In this document: positions 9,353 through 19,632 of the stretch, piece by piece | Position numbering within the stretch: the stretch's first letter is position 1 | Layout of the letters: each line of letters opens with the position of its first letter | Origin: Sphingomonas sp. | GTDB taxonomy: Bacteria; Pseudomonadota; Alphaproteobacteria; Sphingomonadales; Sphingomonadaceae | Direction: 5' to 3' | Length of the DNA: 64,000 bases | Assembly (NCBI RefSeq): GCF_039595165.1 | Contig: NZ_JBCNMA010000005.1 | Location: forward strand, 963 to 64,962 | Notes under the pieces: generated by a model | Database searches by the model: none | Told to the model about the DNA's origin: nothing | What the model saw: only the letters and a program-made list of their open reading frames with translations | Translations under genes and position numbers: made by a program

Positions 9353-9544
9353 ATGCCGGAGGATCGCATCGTCGCAATAGGCTTTCTCACCAGCACAGAT
9401 CTCAAGTTGCTGGGAGAAAGATTCAGTCGATATTTCCCGGTCGAACATGATGATGTGTTCGACGACCTCCTGCGCCAGCTCGACAATGTCGAGGCAGCGC
9501 CCCTGGGCAAGGGTGTGAGCCTCCAGGTCAAGCGAGAGGACTAG
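9353..9544 (+). CDS. Small hypothetical protein (63 aa), possibly NepR-like anti-sigma
   Basis: ATG 9353 with GGAGG 5 nt upstream. The track start 9332 is TTG. The C-terminal stretch LGERFSRYFPVEHDDVFDDLLRQLD loosely resembles the NepR motif (L..Y....EP.P..F.DLL..L). Weak evidence. Confidence 0.35.
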   Translation: MPEDRIVAIGFLTSTDLKLLGERFSRYFPVEHDDVFDDLLRQLDNVEAAPLGKGVSLQVKRED

Positions 9545-9717
9545 GCCCTATTCGCAATGGAGGTCGACAAGTCGACCAAGCTGCCATTCGCGATCCGCTC
9601 ATACTGTTCGGCGATCATGAGGTGACAACGCCTGGCTGCCGGATCCTTGGCTAGATCGGCCATTGCGCGTTCCTGCTGTGCCCGCCGCGCGTAATATTGC
9701 GTTCGATCGAGGGGCAT
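9541..9717 (-). CDS. Small hypothetical helical protein (58 aa)
   Basis: ATG 9717 directly preceded by GGAGGGAGAA. Sequence MPLDRTQYYARRAQQERAMADLAKDPAARRCHLMIAEQYERI... resembles small conserved alphaproteobacterial proteins of unknown function. Its stop overlaps the stop of the 63-aa ORF in the tetranucleotide CTAG (9541-9544). Confidence 0.45.
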   Translation of the reverse strand: MPLDRTQYYARRAQQERAMADLAKDPAARRCHLMIAEQYERIANGSLVDLSTSIANRA

Positions 9718-9799
9718 TTCTCCCTCCGTCTGCCCGTCTCGCTCGCGAGCATACTCGCCCGACTCGGGCCCGTTCAAGCGAGGCGGTGGCACCGCCAAG

Positions 9800-10660
9800 C
9801 TATTGCAGATGGAGCGTGGCAAGGCCGCCCAATGTTACTGCCAGCCCCGCCCATTGCCGCATCGCCAGCCGTTCGCGATGAAAGACGCATGCCAGGCAAA
9901 TCGTGACGATCGTCTGCAGCGAGGCCAGAACGCTCACCAATGCCAGCTCTCCGGTAGCCAGGCCGGCGGAGAGAGCCAGGAAGCCGCACACCGCGACGCC
10001 GCCTGTCGAGGCGACGATCGCCAGGCCCGAGACCGGCAGCGCCATCGGTCGCCGACGCACGGCCGCGGCGACCGCCAGTATCGATGCGCTCGAAAGATAG
10101 TAGATCCACACCGGCCAGATGCTGCCGAGCTCGGGCACTGCAAACTTCCCCTGAATCCAGAACTGGACGCCGTAAGCGACGGCGCTGAACACGCCCCATG
10201 GCGCACCGCTGGAGCTCGACTTTGTCACAGGGTCGCCAGCTTTGAAGCTGACGAGCATGACTCCGGTGATCACTGAGGCGATGCCAAGCAGCGTTTGAAG
10301 CGGCACATGCTCGCCGCCGAGCAAGGAGAGCGCGGCGGTAACGGCTCCGAAGCTCGCCGCGATCGGCGCGACGACCGAAACCTGCCCGATCTTGAGGCCC
10401 TGATAGAGTGCGAGCGTGGCCACCACGCCGATCGGCGCGGCTATGACAGCCGCCGCCCAGCTTGAGAGGGCCGCAGCTTCAGGGAAGGAAGCACCGCCAA
10501 GCCCGATCCAGCCACCGACCAATAGGACGCCAACGCCCTGCGCGTAGAGCATAGCGCGGTGGACGCCGAAGGACCGGCCCGAGACGCTGATCAGAAAGTC
10601 GCTGATCCCCCAGAGAAATGCGGCAAGTAGACCAAGGACAAGTGCCATTCTGCCTCGCAA
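9800..10660 (-). CDS. DMT superfamily (EamA-type) transporter
   Basis: About 10 hydrophobic helices. N-terminus LVLGLLAAFLWGISDFL is typical of EamA repeats. The start may be ATG 10648. Confidence 0.8.
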   Translation of the reverse strand: MRGRMALVLGLLAAFLWGISDFLISVSGRSFGVHRAMLYAQGVGVLLVGGWIGLGGASFPEAAALSSWAAAVIAAPIGVVATLALYQGLKIGQVSVVAPIAASFGAVTAALSLLGGEHVPLQTLLGIASVITGVMLVSFKAGDPVTKSSSSGAPWGVFSAVAYGVQFWIQGKFAVPELGSIWPVWIYYLSSASILAVAAAVRRRPMALPVSGLAIVASTGGVAVCGFLALSAGLATGELALVSVLASLQTIVTICLACVFHRERLAMRQWAGLAVTLGGLATLHLQ

Positions 10661-10766
10661 TCAGTTTACGACCTCGGCAGGACGAGCCCTCCGGGACCAC
10701 GTCGCAAGGTCAAGCATGGCTAAGAGCCCCGACCGATAGGGCATGTGATGGCGCCGAGCTGTGCCG

Positions 10767-13757
10767 CTAGGCCTCGCGCGGACAATCGATCCCGAGCTGA
10801 CGCAAGGCATCCTGAATCTGACCGCTCGAATAGGGGCGGGACAGGATCTGTGTGCAGCGATCCCCGGCGAACTCGCGAGCAAGATCCTCCGCGCGTGATT
10901 GCGAGACGATCACAAGCGCGAGTTGCGCGTGCAGCGCGCGCAGCTCGCGCGCGAGCGCGTCTGCGGCATAGTCACTAAGGGCATCGTCAAGCACGATCGC
11001 ATCATAGCGGCCCTGCGCAGCGCGAACCTTGTTCAATGCTTCGCCGCCGGTGCCCGCTTCCTCCACCCGGAAGCCGATGCCGCCCAACGCTTCCGCCGCC
11101 AGCGTGCGGACCGTGGGCTCGGCCTCGACGATCAGCACGCATTCGGTTCGCGCCGTATCGAGCATATCGCGCACCTTTTGCGCGAGCGCCTCGAAGGTGA
11201 ATGGCTTGTTGATGATCTCTACCCCGGGGTCGAGCCGCCCGGCATGAACGATGGCGTTGCGGGTGTACCCCGAGGTGTACAGCACGCGCAGATCGCCCTG
11301 GATCGCGCGCGCCGCTTCAGCGAGCTCGCGGCCCGTCATGCCCGGCATCACCACATCGGTGAACAACAGGTCGACCGGTGCCTCCTGCCGTTCAAGCAGC
11401 CGCAGCGCCGAGGTTCCGTCATGCGCCTCGAGGACGCGATAACCGAGCTCGCGCAAGCATTCGACGGTATAGGCCCGGACATCATCGTCATCTTCGACAA
11501 CGAGGATCGTCTCTTCGCGTTGACTGAACTCGAACCCGGACTTGACCTCGACTGCCTCTTCCAGCGCATCGGCCTCGCGCAGGAGCCGAGGCAGATAGAG
11601 CTTGATCGTCGTGCCATCGCCTTCTTCCGAATAGATCTTCACGTGACCGCCGGACTGTTTGACGAAGCCGTAGATCATCGACAGGCCAAGCCCGCTTCCC
11701 TTGCCCACCTCCTTGGTCGTGAAGAATGGCTCGAACGCGCGCTCGCGGATCTCGCGCGGCATCCCAGTGCCCGTGTCCGTCACAGCGATCATCACATATT
11801 GACCGGGCGGCACCTCGGCTTGGGTCGCCGCATAGCTCTCGTCGAGCCGGGCATTGGCGGTCTCGATGGTGAGACGTCCGCCGTCGGGCATGGCGTCACG
11901 AGCGTTGACCGCCAGATTGAGGATCGCACTTTCGAGCTGGTTGGGGTCGGCCTCGATCCGCCAGAGCCCCGGCGCGGTCACGATCTCGAGCCGGATGTCT
12001 TCCCCGAGCGCGCGCTGCAGCAGATCGGCCATACCGGTCGCGAGCTTGTCGACATCGATCGGTTTGGGCGCAAGCGGCTGGCGGCGTGAGAAGGCAAGCA
12101 GCCGTTGCGTGAGCGCCGCGGCCCGCTCGGCACCCTTCATCGCATGATCGAGCGAGCGGCGGGTGCGCGCATCCTCGACACCCGCGGCGTCCAGCGCGCG
12201 CTTGGCCATGTCGATATTGCCCGTGACCACGGTCAGCAGGTTATTGAAGTCGTGCGCGATACCGCCGGTGAGCTGGCCCACCGCCTCCATCTTCTGCGCT
12301 TGCCGCAGCGCGTCCTCCGCCTCGGCGCGCTTGGCGATTTCCGCGGCGACGCGTTCCTCGAGGCGCTCGTTGAGCGCGCGCAATTCTGCTTCCGCCGCCT
12401 TGCGATCAGTGAGATTGATCACGGTGCCGATGAACCGCACTGCCCGGCCATCCTCGAACACGGTCTTGCCCTTGGCGCCGACCCAGCGCTCGACGCCGTC
12501 GACGATGCCGACCGTGCGATACTCGACATCGTAGCTCCCGGGGCCGGCGGGATCGAGCGCAGCCTGGACCGCCTCATGCGCGCGCGCGCGGTCGTCGATA
12601 TGGATGCCGCCGAGGAAACTATCCTCGTAGGAGACCTCGGCGTCGGGCGGCAGCCCGAACAACGCCTTGCAGCGCGCATCCCAGCGCAACAGCCTGGTCT
12701 CGGGATCGAAGTCCCAGGTGCCGATATCCGCAGCTTCATTTGCGAGGCGGAGCCGGTCCTCGCTGGTCGCGAGCTCGGTTTCCGCGGCGCGACGTTGCGC
12801 CAGCTCCTGCTCGGCCGCCTGAAACAGCCGCGCATTGTCGATCGCCACCGCCGCTTCCCCGGCGAGGCCCTGCAGGCCGCGTTCGGACTGATCCGTGAAT
12901 ATGCCGGGTTCGGCGTGGCCGAAGAATAGCCCGCCGATCACCTCTCCGGAGCGCGACACGACCGGCACCGCGAGATAGCTTCGCACCGGCAAATGCCCCT
13001 CGGGCATTCCGTGGTGAGGATCATTGTGGCCGTAACGCGGATCCTTCGTGATGTCGTCCGAACGCACGATGCCCGCCCCTTCGAAGGTGGGCGCGAACAC
13101 CTGTGTGTTGCGCGGCATCGGGAATTTCGAGAAGGCTTCGAGCGGCACGCCGGAAAGCGTGTAGAGCATGTAACTCTCACCGGCCGCATTCAGGACATTG
13201 TAGAAGAATGCACCGAACTGGGCGCCGGTGAGCTCGACGCCGGCGTCGGTTACCACCTGGACCAGCTTGTGAAGGTCGCTTTCGAGCGCAAGCGCAGAGC
13301 CGGCGCGGTTGAGGATCTCCAGCCCGCGCCGCTCCTCGATCAGCTGTTCTTCTGCTTCGCGTTGGCTTGAGCGGTCGCGCACGACCTTGGTGAATCCGGT
13401 GACCTCGCCAGCCGCATCGCGGATCGGCGTGAGCTCACCCGCCGCCCAGATGCGATGCCCATCCTTGTGTACCCGCCAGCCTTCCTCGCCGCCGCCACGT
13501 CCGACACGACGGGCCTCGCGCATCTCGGTCGAGATGGCTTCCTCGCCGCTGTCGCGGGGAAATAGTCGGGCAGGAGACTGGCCAATCATCTCGGCTTCGC
13601 TCCAGCCGAAAATGTGCCGCGCTCCTTCGTTCCAACTGGTGATCCGGCCTTCGCGGTCGGTGGTGATGATCGCGGTATCCACCGCGCTGTCGACGATCTG
13701 CCGCCATTCGGCCGCGGTGATCGTCTCGCGTCCCTGCCGATTCTCCTCGGTTGCCAC
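10767..13757 (-). CDS. Hybrid sensor histidine kinase, PAS-GAF-PAS-HisKA-HATPase-REC-REC
   Basis: GTG start with AAGGGGG upstream. PAS ([33 protein letters not shown]), GAF ([23 protein letters not shown]), second PAS, H-box [15 protein letters not shown]-box VTDTGTGMP...[11 protein letters not shown]1 ([11 protein letters not shown]...[13 protein letters not shown]), REC2 ([11 protein letters not shown]...AIVLDDAL). Confidence 0.9.
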   Translation of the reverse strand: MATEENRQGRETITAAEWRQIVDSAVDTAIITTDREGRITSWNEGARHIFGWSEAEMIGQSPARLFPRDSGEEAISTEMREARRVGRGGGEEGWRVHKDGHRIWAAGELTPIRDAAGEVTGFTKVVRDRSSQREAEEQLIEERRGLEILNRAGSALALESDLHKLVQVVTDAGVELTGAQFGAFFYNVLNAAGESYMLYTLSGVPLEAFSKFPMPRNTQVFAPTFEGAGIVRSDDITKDPRYGHNDPHHGMPEGHLPVRSYLAVPVVSRSGEVIGGLFFGHAEPGIFTDQSERGLQGLAGEAAVAIDNARLFQAAEQELAQRRAAETELATSEDRLRLANEAADIGTWDFDPETRLLRWDARCKALFGLPPDAEVSYEDSFLGGIHIDDRARAHEAVQAALDPAGPGSYDVEYRTVGIVDGVERWVGAKGKTVFEDGRAVRFIGTVINLTDRKAAEAELRALNERLEERVAAEIAKRAEAEDALRQAQKMEAVGQLTGGIAHDFNNLLTVVTGNIDMAKRALDAAGVEDARTRRSLDHAMKGAERAAALTQRLLAFSRRQPLAPKPIDVDKLATGMADLLQRALGEDIRLEIVTAPGLWRIEADPNQLESAILNLAVNARDAMPDGGRLTIETANARLDESYAATQAEVPPGQYVMIAVTDTGTGMPREIRERAFEPFFTTKEVGKGSGLGLSMIYGFVKQSGGHVKIYSEEGDGTTIKLYLPRLLREADALEEAVEVKSGFEFSQREETILVVEDDDDVRAYTVECLRELGYRVLEAHDGTSALRLLERQEAPVDLLFTDVVMPGMTGRELAEAARAIQGDLRVLYTSGYTRNAIVHAGRLDPGVEIINKPFTFEALAQKVRDMLDTARTECVLIVEAEPTVRTLAAEALGGIGFRVEEAGTGGEALNKVRAAQGRYDAIVLDDALSDYAADALARELRALHAQLALVIVSQSRAEDLAREFAGDRCTQILSRPYSSGQIQDALRQLGIDCPREA

Positions 13758-14118
13758 GCGACCCCCTTGAGCATTGTTTTGGTTCTAGCCCGGCTGAACG
13801 GTGCCGGGGGATTTTGGTTGCGCCTGTCTGGTATGTCCGATGCGCGAGCACGAACAGAACGACCGCAATCAGACAGGGCTTATGACCGGAGAGTCAAGGA
13901 TCGTGTCGACGCAACGCGCTTTCAAGCTCGAGGCGAGCTGGTCCTCTCCGCTCCGACCGGTCGAGACACCGCCAACGGCAGAGGTCGCGCAGCTCCTGCG
14001 GTTGACAGCTACCCGCCCACCTCACCCTTAGGCAGTGAGCCGCCGCCTTGCCTTGAGATATTTCGGCGCCGCACAGCCGCCGCTCGCTTCGATACTCCTA
14101 AGATCCGAAAGACGACGC

Positions 14119-15624
14119 TCAATCGCTCCTGACCCCGGGCAGAACCGCCAGAGTCTTCTGCAACCGCAGGGCCGCCACGGCGGCGGCGAGCAGGAACGAT
14201 CCCGCGATCACGAACGATGTGACCTGCGCCTGCGGATAGAGATGACGCGCGAGCGAGCCCATCAGTGTCGAGACCATGAGCTGCGGCAGCACGATGAAGA
14301 TGTTGAACAAACCCATGTAAACGCCGAGCTTGCTTTGCGGCAGGCTGCCGCACAGCACGGAATAAGGGATGGTCAGAATCGATGCCCAGGCCATGCCGAC
14401 GCCGATCATCGACGCCAGCAGCCAGTTCGGCTCCGCAATCACCGCGAACGACGCGAGCGCCAGTCCGCCGGCGACCAGGTTGACGGCGTGAAGACGTGCC
14501 GCGCCGATCCTCTGGGCGATCGCGGGGATGAGGAAAGCATAGAGCGCGGCGACCGCGTTATAGACACCGAACAACACGCCCACCCAATCCGCGCCGTCAT
14601 TGTACGCGCGCGATGTCACGTCGGTCGCGCCGAACTGATAATGGGTCACGATCGGCGTCGCGTAGATCCACATGATGAACAGCGCGAACCAGGACAGGAA
14701 CTGGATCAGCGCAAGCCGCCGCATCGTCCGCGGCATGGTCTGGAGATCGCTGAGGATATGATTGAGCGGACGATCGGCGTCGGTATGCAGGCGCATCCGG
14801 TTGAACACCTGCGCCAGCCCGAAGGCAGCGAGGCCGAAGCCCAGGATGTAGAGCGGCTTGTCCAGCCCGGCACTCGCCACCAGCGCGATGATCGCCGCCC
14901 CCGCCGCGATCCAGACCGTCCCCTGGCGCATCGTCGGCGCGTCTTCGGCACGGGGCGCGGCGGGGACGGGCGTCTCCCCGAATGCCCGGAGCTCGGCCGG
15001 GGAATATTCGCGGCTCGTCGCCACCGTCCACATCACCGTGAACAGCAGCACCGCGGCACCGCCGTAGAAGGCGTACCGCACCGTCGCCGGGATCTCGCCG
15101 GGGCCAGCGGTGTTCGACAGGCCGAAGACATTGGTGAGGATCGCGGGTGCCGACGACGCGACGACTGCGCCCGCGCCGATGAAGACGGTCTGGAAGGCGT
15201 AGCCGCGTGTGCGTTGCCGCTCGTCGAGCATGTCGCCGACGAACGCGCGAAACGGCTCCATCGAGACGTTGATCGAGGCGTCGAGTATCCAGAGCAGCCC
15301 CGCCGCCATCCACAGCACCGGCGCGTTGGGCATCGCGATCAACGCCAAGGTGCACGATACCGCCCCGACGAAGAAATAGGGGCGCCGCCGCCCGAACCGT
15401 CCCCAGGTCCGATCGCTGAGATAGCCGATGACCGGCTGGACGAGCAGCCCGGTGACTGGCCCTGCGATCCACAGGATCGGAAGATCGTCGATCGAGGCGC
15501 CCAGCGTCTGGAAAATCCGGCTGACATTGGCGCCCTGGAGGGCGAACCCGACCTGGATGCCGAAGAAGCCGAAGGAAATATTCCAGAGTTGCCAGAACCC
15601 CAGCGTCGGCTTTTTCCCGTTCAT
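14119..15624 (-). CDS. MFS/GPH-type disaccharide (maltose/sucrose-like):H+ symporter
   Basis: Multi-TM protein. N-terminus MNGKKPTLGFWQLWNISFGFFGIQ and loop motif LSDRTWGRFGRRRPY are typical of SLC45/GPH sugar symporters. ATG 15624 lies 2 nt after the esterase stop. The track uses GTG 15630. Confidence 0.8.
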   Translation of the reverse strand: MNGKKPTLGFWQLWNISFGFFGIQVGFALQGANVSRIFQTLGASIDDLPILWIAGPVTGLLVQPVIGYLSDRTWGRFGRRRPYFFVGAVSCTLALIAMPNAPVLWMAAGLLWILDASINVSMEPFRAFVGDMLDERQRTRGYAFQTVFIGAGAVVASSAPAILTNVFGLSNTAGPGEIPATVRYAFYGGAAVLLFTVMWTVATSREYSPAELRAFGETPVPAAPRAEDAPTMRQGTVWIAAGAAIIALVASAGLDKPLYILGFGLAAFGLAQVFNRMRLHTDADRPLNHILSDLQTMPRTMRRLALIQFLSWFALFIMWIYATPIVTHYQFGATDVTSRAYNDGADWVGVLFGVYNAVAALYAFLIPAIAQRIGAARLHAVNLVAGGLALASFAVIAEPNWLLASMIGVGMAWASILTIPYSVLCGSLPQSKLGVYMGLFNIFIVLPQLMVSTLMGSLARHLYPQAQVTSFVIAGSFLLAAAVAALRLQKTLAVLPGVRSD

Positions 15625-15626
15625 GC

Positions 15627-16601
15627 TCACCTTGACCGATGTCCTTCGTGCCCCGTGCGAGTTGCTCGATCGCCGGCCGGCTGGCCCAGCATGAACAGCA
15701 GTGGCTGATCGAGCCGGCTGTGCCAGGACCGTTCGTCATGCGCCGCGCCCGGAAAGAACCGGCTCTCGAAATCGCGTCCGCGTATCCAGCCTCGCGACTC
15801 GACGACCCGGTCGACCCGCTGCTGGAAGGGGGCATAGAACCGGTCGAGCGTGCGGTCGCCGTGATCGAACCACAGGCGATGCGCCCCGCGCCGCGGCAGC
15901 CGCTCGCGCAGATAGCCTTCGAAGGCGCGCGTGACCGCGTCGACATCGGCGCGCGGCATCGGCGCACCGTCACTCGGGAGGAACAGCGGCCAGTGCGACG
16001 ACAGGCAGGCCGCGCCGCCGAACACCTGCGGATACTGGGTCATCGCATAGAGCGAGATCAGCCCGCCCATGCTCGACCCCATCGCCAGCGTGTCGCCGGC
16101 CTTGCGCGAAGTCCGGTAGCGCCGGTCGATGAACGGCTTCACCTCATGCACCATGAAACGCAGATAGGCGTCGGAAACCGGCGTCCCCGAATAGAGCGCG
16201 GCAAGGCGCGTGCGATAGTCACCGGGCAGTCGTTCGAAGACCCGGGCGGGCATATATTCCCGCAGGCGCCTGGGCGTGTTCCAGATGCCGACGACGATCG
16301 TGCGACGGATGCGCGATGCGCCCAACAATTGTGTCAGAACCTCATCGACGCCCCACGCGGTTCCGCCATAGGATTTTGCCGGATCGAATAGATTCTGCCC
16401 ATCCTGCATGTAGATCACCGCATAGGGCGCTCCGTGCGGGTCATAGTCCGCCGGAAGCCAGACGCTGATATTGCGCGGCTCGACATGGCGCGACGGGAAG
16501 TCGCGGAACTGCTCGAGGCGCCCGTGCTCGCGTGTCTGCGCCGTAGCGGGAACGACGAGGGCCGCGAGCAGCAGGATGAAAGCGAGAACTGCCTTCGGCA
16601 T
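15627..16601 (-). CDS. Secreted esterase (esterase D / 'putative esterase' type alpha/beta hydrolase)
   Basis: Real start at ATG 16601 (MPKAVLAFILLLAALVVPATAQ signal peptide). YAVIYMQDGQNLF motif and nucleophile elbow GSSMGG. The track ORF 15627-17840 carries a spurious N-terminal extension antisense to lacI. Confidence 0.8.
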   Translation of the reverse strand: MPKAVLAFILLLAALVVPATAQTREHGRLEQFRDFPSRHVEPRNISVWLPADYDPHGAPYAVIYMQDGQNLFDPAKSYGGTAWGVDEVLTQLLGASRIRRTIVVGIWNTPRRLREYMPARVFERLPGDYRTRLAALYSGTPVSDAYLRFMVHEVKPFIDRRYRTSRKAGDTLAMGSSMGGLISLYAMTQYPQVFGGAACLSSHWPLFLPSDGAPMPRADVDAVTRAFEGYLRERLPRRGAHRLWFDHGDRTLDRFYAPFQQRVDRVVESRGWIRGRDFESRFFPGAAHDERSWHSRLDQPLLFMLGQPAGDRATRTGHEGHRSR

Positions 16602-16639
16602 CAGTGACTCCGCTCGAAAACCGGCTAAACGACGGCATA

Positions 16640-16653
16640 TGAAAATATTTGCA
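16640..16653. promoter_or_regulatory. Candidate LacI-family operator (12/14 palindrome)
   Basis: TGAAAATATTTGCA lies in the 66-bp divergent spacer between the esterase-MFS operon and the LacI gene. It matches the element at 19387-19400 at 11/14 positions. Confidence 0.4.
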
Positions 16654-16667
16654 CTGGCCGCTGCGCG

Positions 16668-17681
16668 ATGACCCGGCGTGTGACCCGCCTCGAGGATCTC
16701 GCCCGTCTCGCCGGCGTATCGCTGGCGACGGCGAGCCGGGCGCTCAACGACAGTGCGGTGGTCAGCACGCACACGAAGCGGCATATCTGGAAGCTGGCTC
16801 GCGAGCATAACTACCCTTTCCGGCGGCACATGCCCGCCGGGCCGATCGGTGCCGAAGCGACGATCGCGATCGTGATCTCGCGTCCCCAGGGGCGTGTCGA
16901 GCGCCTTTCCGATCCGTTCATTCTCGAACTGATCGCCGGCGTCGGGAATGCCGCGCTCGAACGCGGTTGCGACTTCCTGGTCAGCCATGTCGCGCCGTCG
17001 AATCATGAAGACCTCTCGGCGTTGATGACGACCAACCGGGCGGACGGCGTGATCTTCCTGGGACAGAGCTCGCTGTTCGCCGATTTCAATCGCCTGGCGG
17101 AGCAGGAAACGCGCTTCGTCGTGTGGGGCGCGCAATTCCCCGACCAGCGTTATTGCTCGGTCGGCAGCGACAATGTCCGCGGCGGCCGCCGCGCCACAGC
17201 CCATCTCGCACGGCTCGGCAGAACGCGGATTTCGTTTCTCGGCGACCTCGAGGCGCCCGAAGTCGTGCAACGCCATCAGGGCTATATCGAAGCGCTCGAG
17301 GAAGCCGGTCTTCCCTTCGATCCCGATCTGGTCGTTCCCGCGCATTTCGAGATCGAATCGGCCGAAGCCGCCGTGGATGCGATGATCGCGCGCGGCCTCC
17401 GTTTCGACGGGCTGGTGGCCGCCTCCGACATGATCGCGCTCGGGGCGATCCGTGCGTTGCTTCATGCGGGCCTGCGCGTGCCCGGGGACGTTTCGGTCGT
17501 CGGCTATGACGATGTGAAGATGGCGCGGTACAGCAATCCCGCGCTGACGACGATTTCGCAGGACACCGCGAAGGCGGGCCGGCTGCTCGTCTCCAAGCTG
17601 CTCAGTTCGGGTGGCGACGAACCGATCCGGTCGGAACGCGTGCCGACCGACCTGATCGTTCGCGAAAGCTGTGGCGGGTGA
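16668..17681 (+). CDS. LacI family transcriptional regulator
   Basis: N-terminal HTH LEDLARLAGVSLATASRALNDSAVVSTHTKRHIWKLAREHNY, followed by a periplasmic-binding-protein-like sugar-binding fold. Confidence 0.9.
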   Translation: MTRRVTRLEDLARLAGVSLATASRALNDSAVVSTHTKRHIWKLAREHNYPFRRHMPAGPIGAEATIAIVISRPQGRVERLSDPFILELIAGVGNAALERGCDFLVSHVAPSNHEDLSALMTTNRADGVIFLGQSSLFADFNRLAEQETRFVVWGAQFPDQRYCSVGSDNVRGGRRATAHLARLGRTRISFLGDLEAPEVVQRHQGYIEALEEAGLPFDPDLVVPAHFEIESAEAAVDAMIARGLRFDGLVAASDMIALGAIRALLHAGLRVPGDVSVVGYDDVKMARYSNPALTTISQDTAKAGRLLVSKLLSSGGDEPIRSERVPTDLIVRESCGG

Positions 17682-17683
17682 GG

Positions 17684-19333
17684 TCACGCTGGCATGACGG
17701 CGACATAGCCCGTCATCGCCGGCAATAGCGCGGGGAGAGGGGCCTCCGGCGGCGTGCCGGCATCGCTGGTCGCCACGAGCTGCCAGTGCGGCTCGGCCGG
17801 CTGCCACGCCATGTCGTCCGCGCCGAGGTTGAAGACGCATAGCATCCGTTCGCCTCCGGCCGCGCGCTCGAACGCGACGATCGGCTCAGGCGCATCGGCG
17901 AAGGAAAGGCTCCCGCCGCGCAGGGCCGGATAGGCAGCACGCAGTGCCACGGCCCGGCGCGCGAACGCCAGCGTCGATTCCGGCTTGGCGTGCTGCGCGT
18001 CGACGGCCAGCGCATCATGCACCGGATCGACCGGAAGCCAGGGTTCCACCGTCGAGAAGCCCGAATGCGGCGCACCGCCGACCCAGGGCATCGGCGTTCG
18101 CGCCCCGTCCCGGCCCAGCGTTTCGGGCCAGTTGGCGATCGCATCGGGATCCTGCAGCCGGTCGAATGGCACATGCGCCTGGGGCAGCCCGAGCTCCTCT
18201 CCCTGATACAGAAAGACGTTGCCGCGCAGGCACATCAAGAGCAGCAGTGTCATGCGCGCAAACGCGTCCCGCTCCGGCCCCTGATACCAGCGGCTGACAT
18301 GCCGGGGCGCGTCATGGTTGGAGAAGGCCCAGCTCGGCCACCCCTCTCCCTCACCGCCGCGCCACGCGCCCAGCGCCTCGCGCAGCAGCGGGGGATCGAG
18401 CGTGAGCGCGTTGAGGAAGGTAAAGCCGTAGGCGGAGTTGAGCAGCCCGTCCCCGGCGGTGAACGCCTTCATCTCGCGTTGGGCATCACCCGCGCCGATC
18501 TCGGCGACCGTGAACCGCATGCCGTAGGAATCCAGCAGCGCACGCAGGCGCCCGAGGAATTTCAGGATATCCGGGTGCGACTGGTTGTGGATGTGCTGCT
18601 GGAAATCGAACGGCCGGGTATGCGGCTGGGCGGTAGCCGGCGCGACCGGATTGTCGGTCAGCGCCGGATCGTGCATCGCGAAGTTGATCGCGTCGAGGCG
18701 GAACCCGTCCACACCGCGATCCAGCCAGAAGCGCGCGACATCCAGCAATGCATCCTGCACCGCGGGATTGTGGCCGTTCAGCTGCGGCTGGCCCGGCAGG
18801 AAATTGTGCAGATAATATTGGCGACGGCGCGCGTCCCAGGTCCAGGCAGGTCCGCCGAACACCGATTGCCAGTTGTTGGGCGGGGTGCCGTCCGGGCGGG
18901 CGTCGGCCCATATGTACCAGTCGCTTTTCGCCGCCCCCCGCGCGGAGCGGCTGTCGGTGAACCAGGGATGCTCGTCCGAGGTATGCGAATAGACCTGGTC
19001 GATCACCACCTTCAGCCCAAGCGCGTGGGCGCGGGCGACCAGCGCGTCGAAATCGTCGATGGAGCCGAAGATCGGGTCGACGGCGCAGTAATCGGACACG
19101 TCGTATCCGAAGTCCTTCATCGGCGACTGGAAGAAGGGCGATAGCCAGATTCCGTCCACGCCCAGGCTGGCGACATGGTCGAGATTGGCGATGATCCCCG
19201 CCAGGTCGCCTACGCCGTCGCGGTTCGAATCGGCGAAGCTTCGCGGGTAGATCTGGTAGATCACTGCGCCGCGCCACCATTCTGCGTCAGCGCACGCATC
19301 CGCGCCGGCGGAAACTCGCCCCAGGATATTCAT
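17684..19333 (-). CDS. GH13 alpha-glucosidase (oligo-1,6-glucosidase / maltase type)
   Basis: Start taken at ATG 19333 (MNILGR...). WWRGAVIYQIYPRSFADSNRDGVGDLAGI, GVDGFRLDAINF (nucleophile region), TVAEIG, FSNHD. Confidence 0.9.
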   Translation of the reverse strand: MNILGRVSAGADACADAEWWRGAVIYQIYPRSFADSNRDGVGDLAGIIANLDHVASLGVDGIWLSPFFQSPMKDFGYDVSDYCAVDPIFGSIDDFDALVARAHALGLKVVIDQVYSHTSDEHPWFTDSRSARGAAKSDWYIWADARPDGTPPNNWQSVFGGPAWTWDARRRQYYLHNFLPGQPQLNGHNPAVQDALLDVARFWLDRGVDGFRLDAINFAMHDPALTDNPVAPATAQPHTRPFDFQQHIHNQSHPDILKFLGRLRALLDSYGMRFTVAEIGAGDAQREMKAFTAGDGLLNSAYGFTFLNALTLDPPLLREALGAWRGGEGEGWPSWAFSNHDAPRHVSRWYQGPERDAFARMTLLLLMCLRGNVFLYQGEELGLPQAHVPFDRLQDPDAIANWPETLGRDGARTPMPWVGGAPHSGFSTVEPWLPVDPVHDALAVDAQHAKPESTLAFARRAVALRAAYPALRGGSLSFADAPEPIVAFERAAGGERMLCVFNLGADDMAWQPAEPHWQLVATSDAGTPPEAPLPALLPAMTGYVAVMPA

Positions 19334-19386
19334 TCTCGCTCCTAACCTCTCCGAACGCCGGCGAGTCGTATCGGCAAAACGCAATC

Positions 19387-19400
19387 TTGCAAGTATTTAC
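19387..19400. promoter_or_regulatory. Candidate LacI-family operator, second copy
   Basis: TGCAAGTATTTACA (10/14 palindrome) lies in the 299-bp divergent spacer between the alpha-glucosidase and the TBDR. Confidence 0.3.
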
Positions 19401-19632
19401 ATTTTTCAGGCTTTCGTTCTCGACAAGCCTGCCTGCGGGATGTCGCAATATGTCATTACCATCAAACGATATTTCTAGGTGATTTGTCTGTGCAGCGAAT
19501 GGTATCCCTGGCTAAGGATGCGATTCGGCTTGCATTCACGTCATTTTCTTGCATCTTCGTGACCTACGGCAGCGACACGATTGCCATGCAGCGCATCGGG
19601 GAATTGTCCCGGCGCTTCGGGGGAGGATCGAG

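Noticed and set aside
13758-14118. 361-bp spacer with ORF 13801-14031 (76 aa)
   Set aside because: The ORF has no RBS or protein-like features. I saw no clear hairpin or motif, so it is left unannotated as a promoter/terminator region of the kinase and MFS genes.
16602-17840. N-terminal 412 codons of the 737-aa track ORF 15627-17840
   Set aside because: This part is antisense to the LacI gene and has no protein-like features. A good signal peptide begins at the internal ATG 16601, so only 15627-16601 is called.
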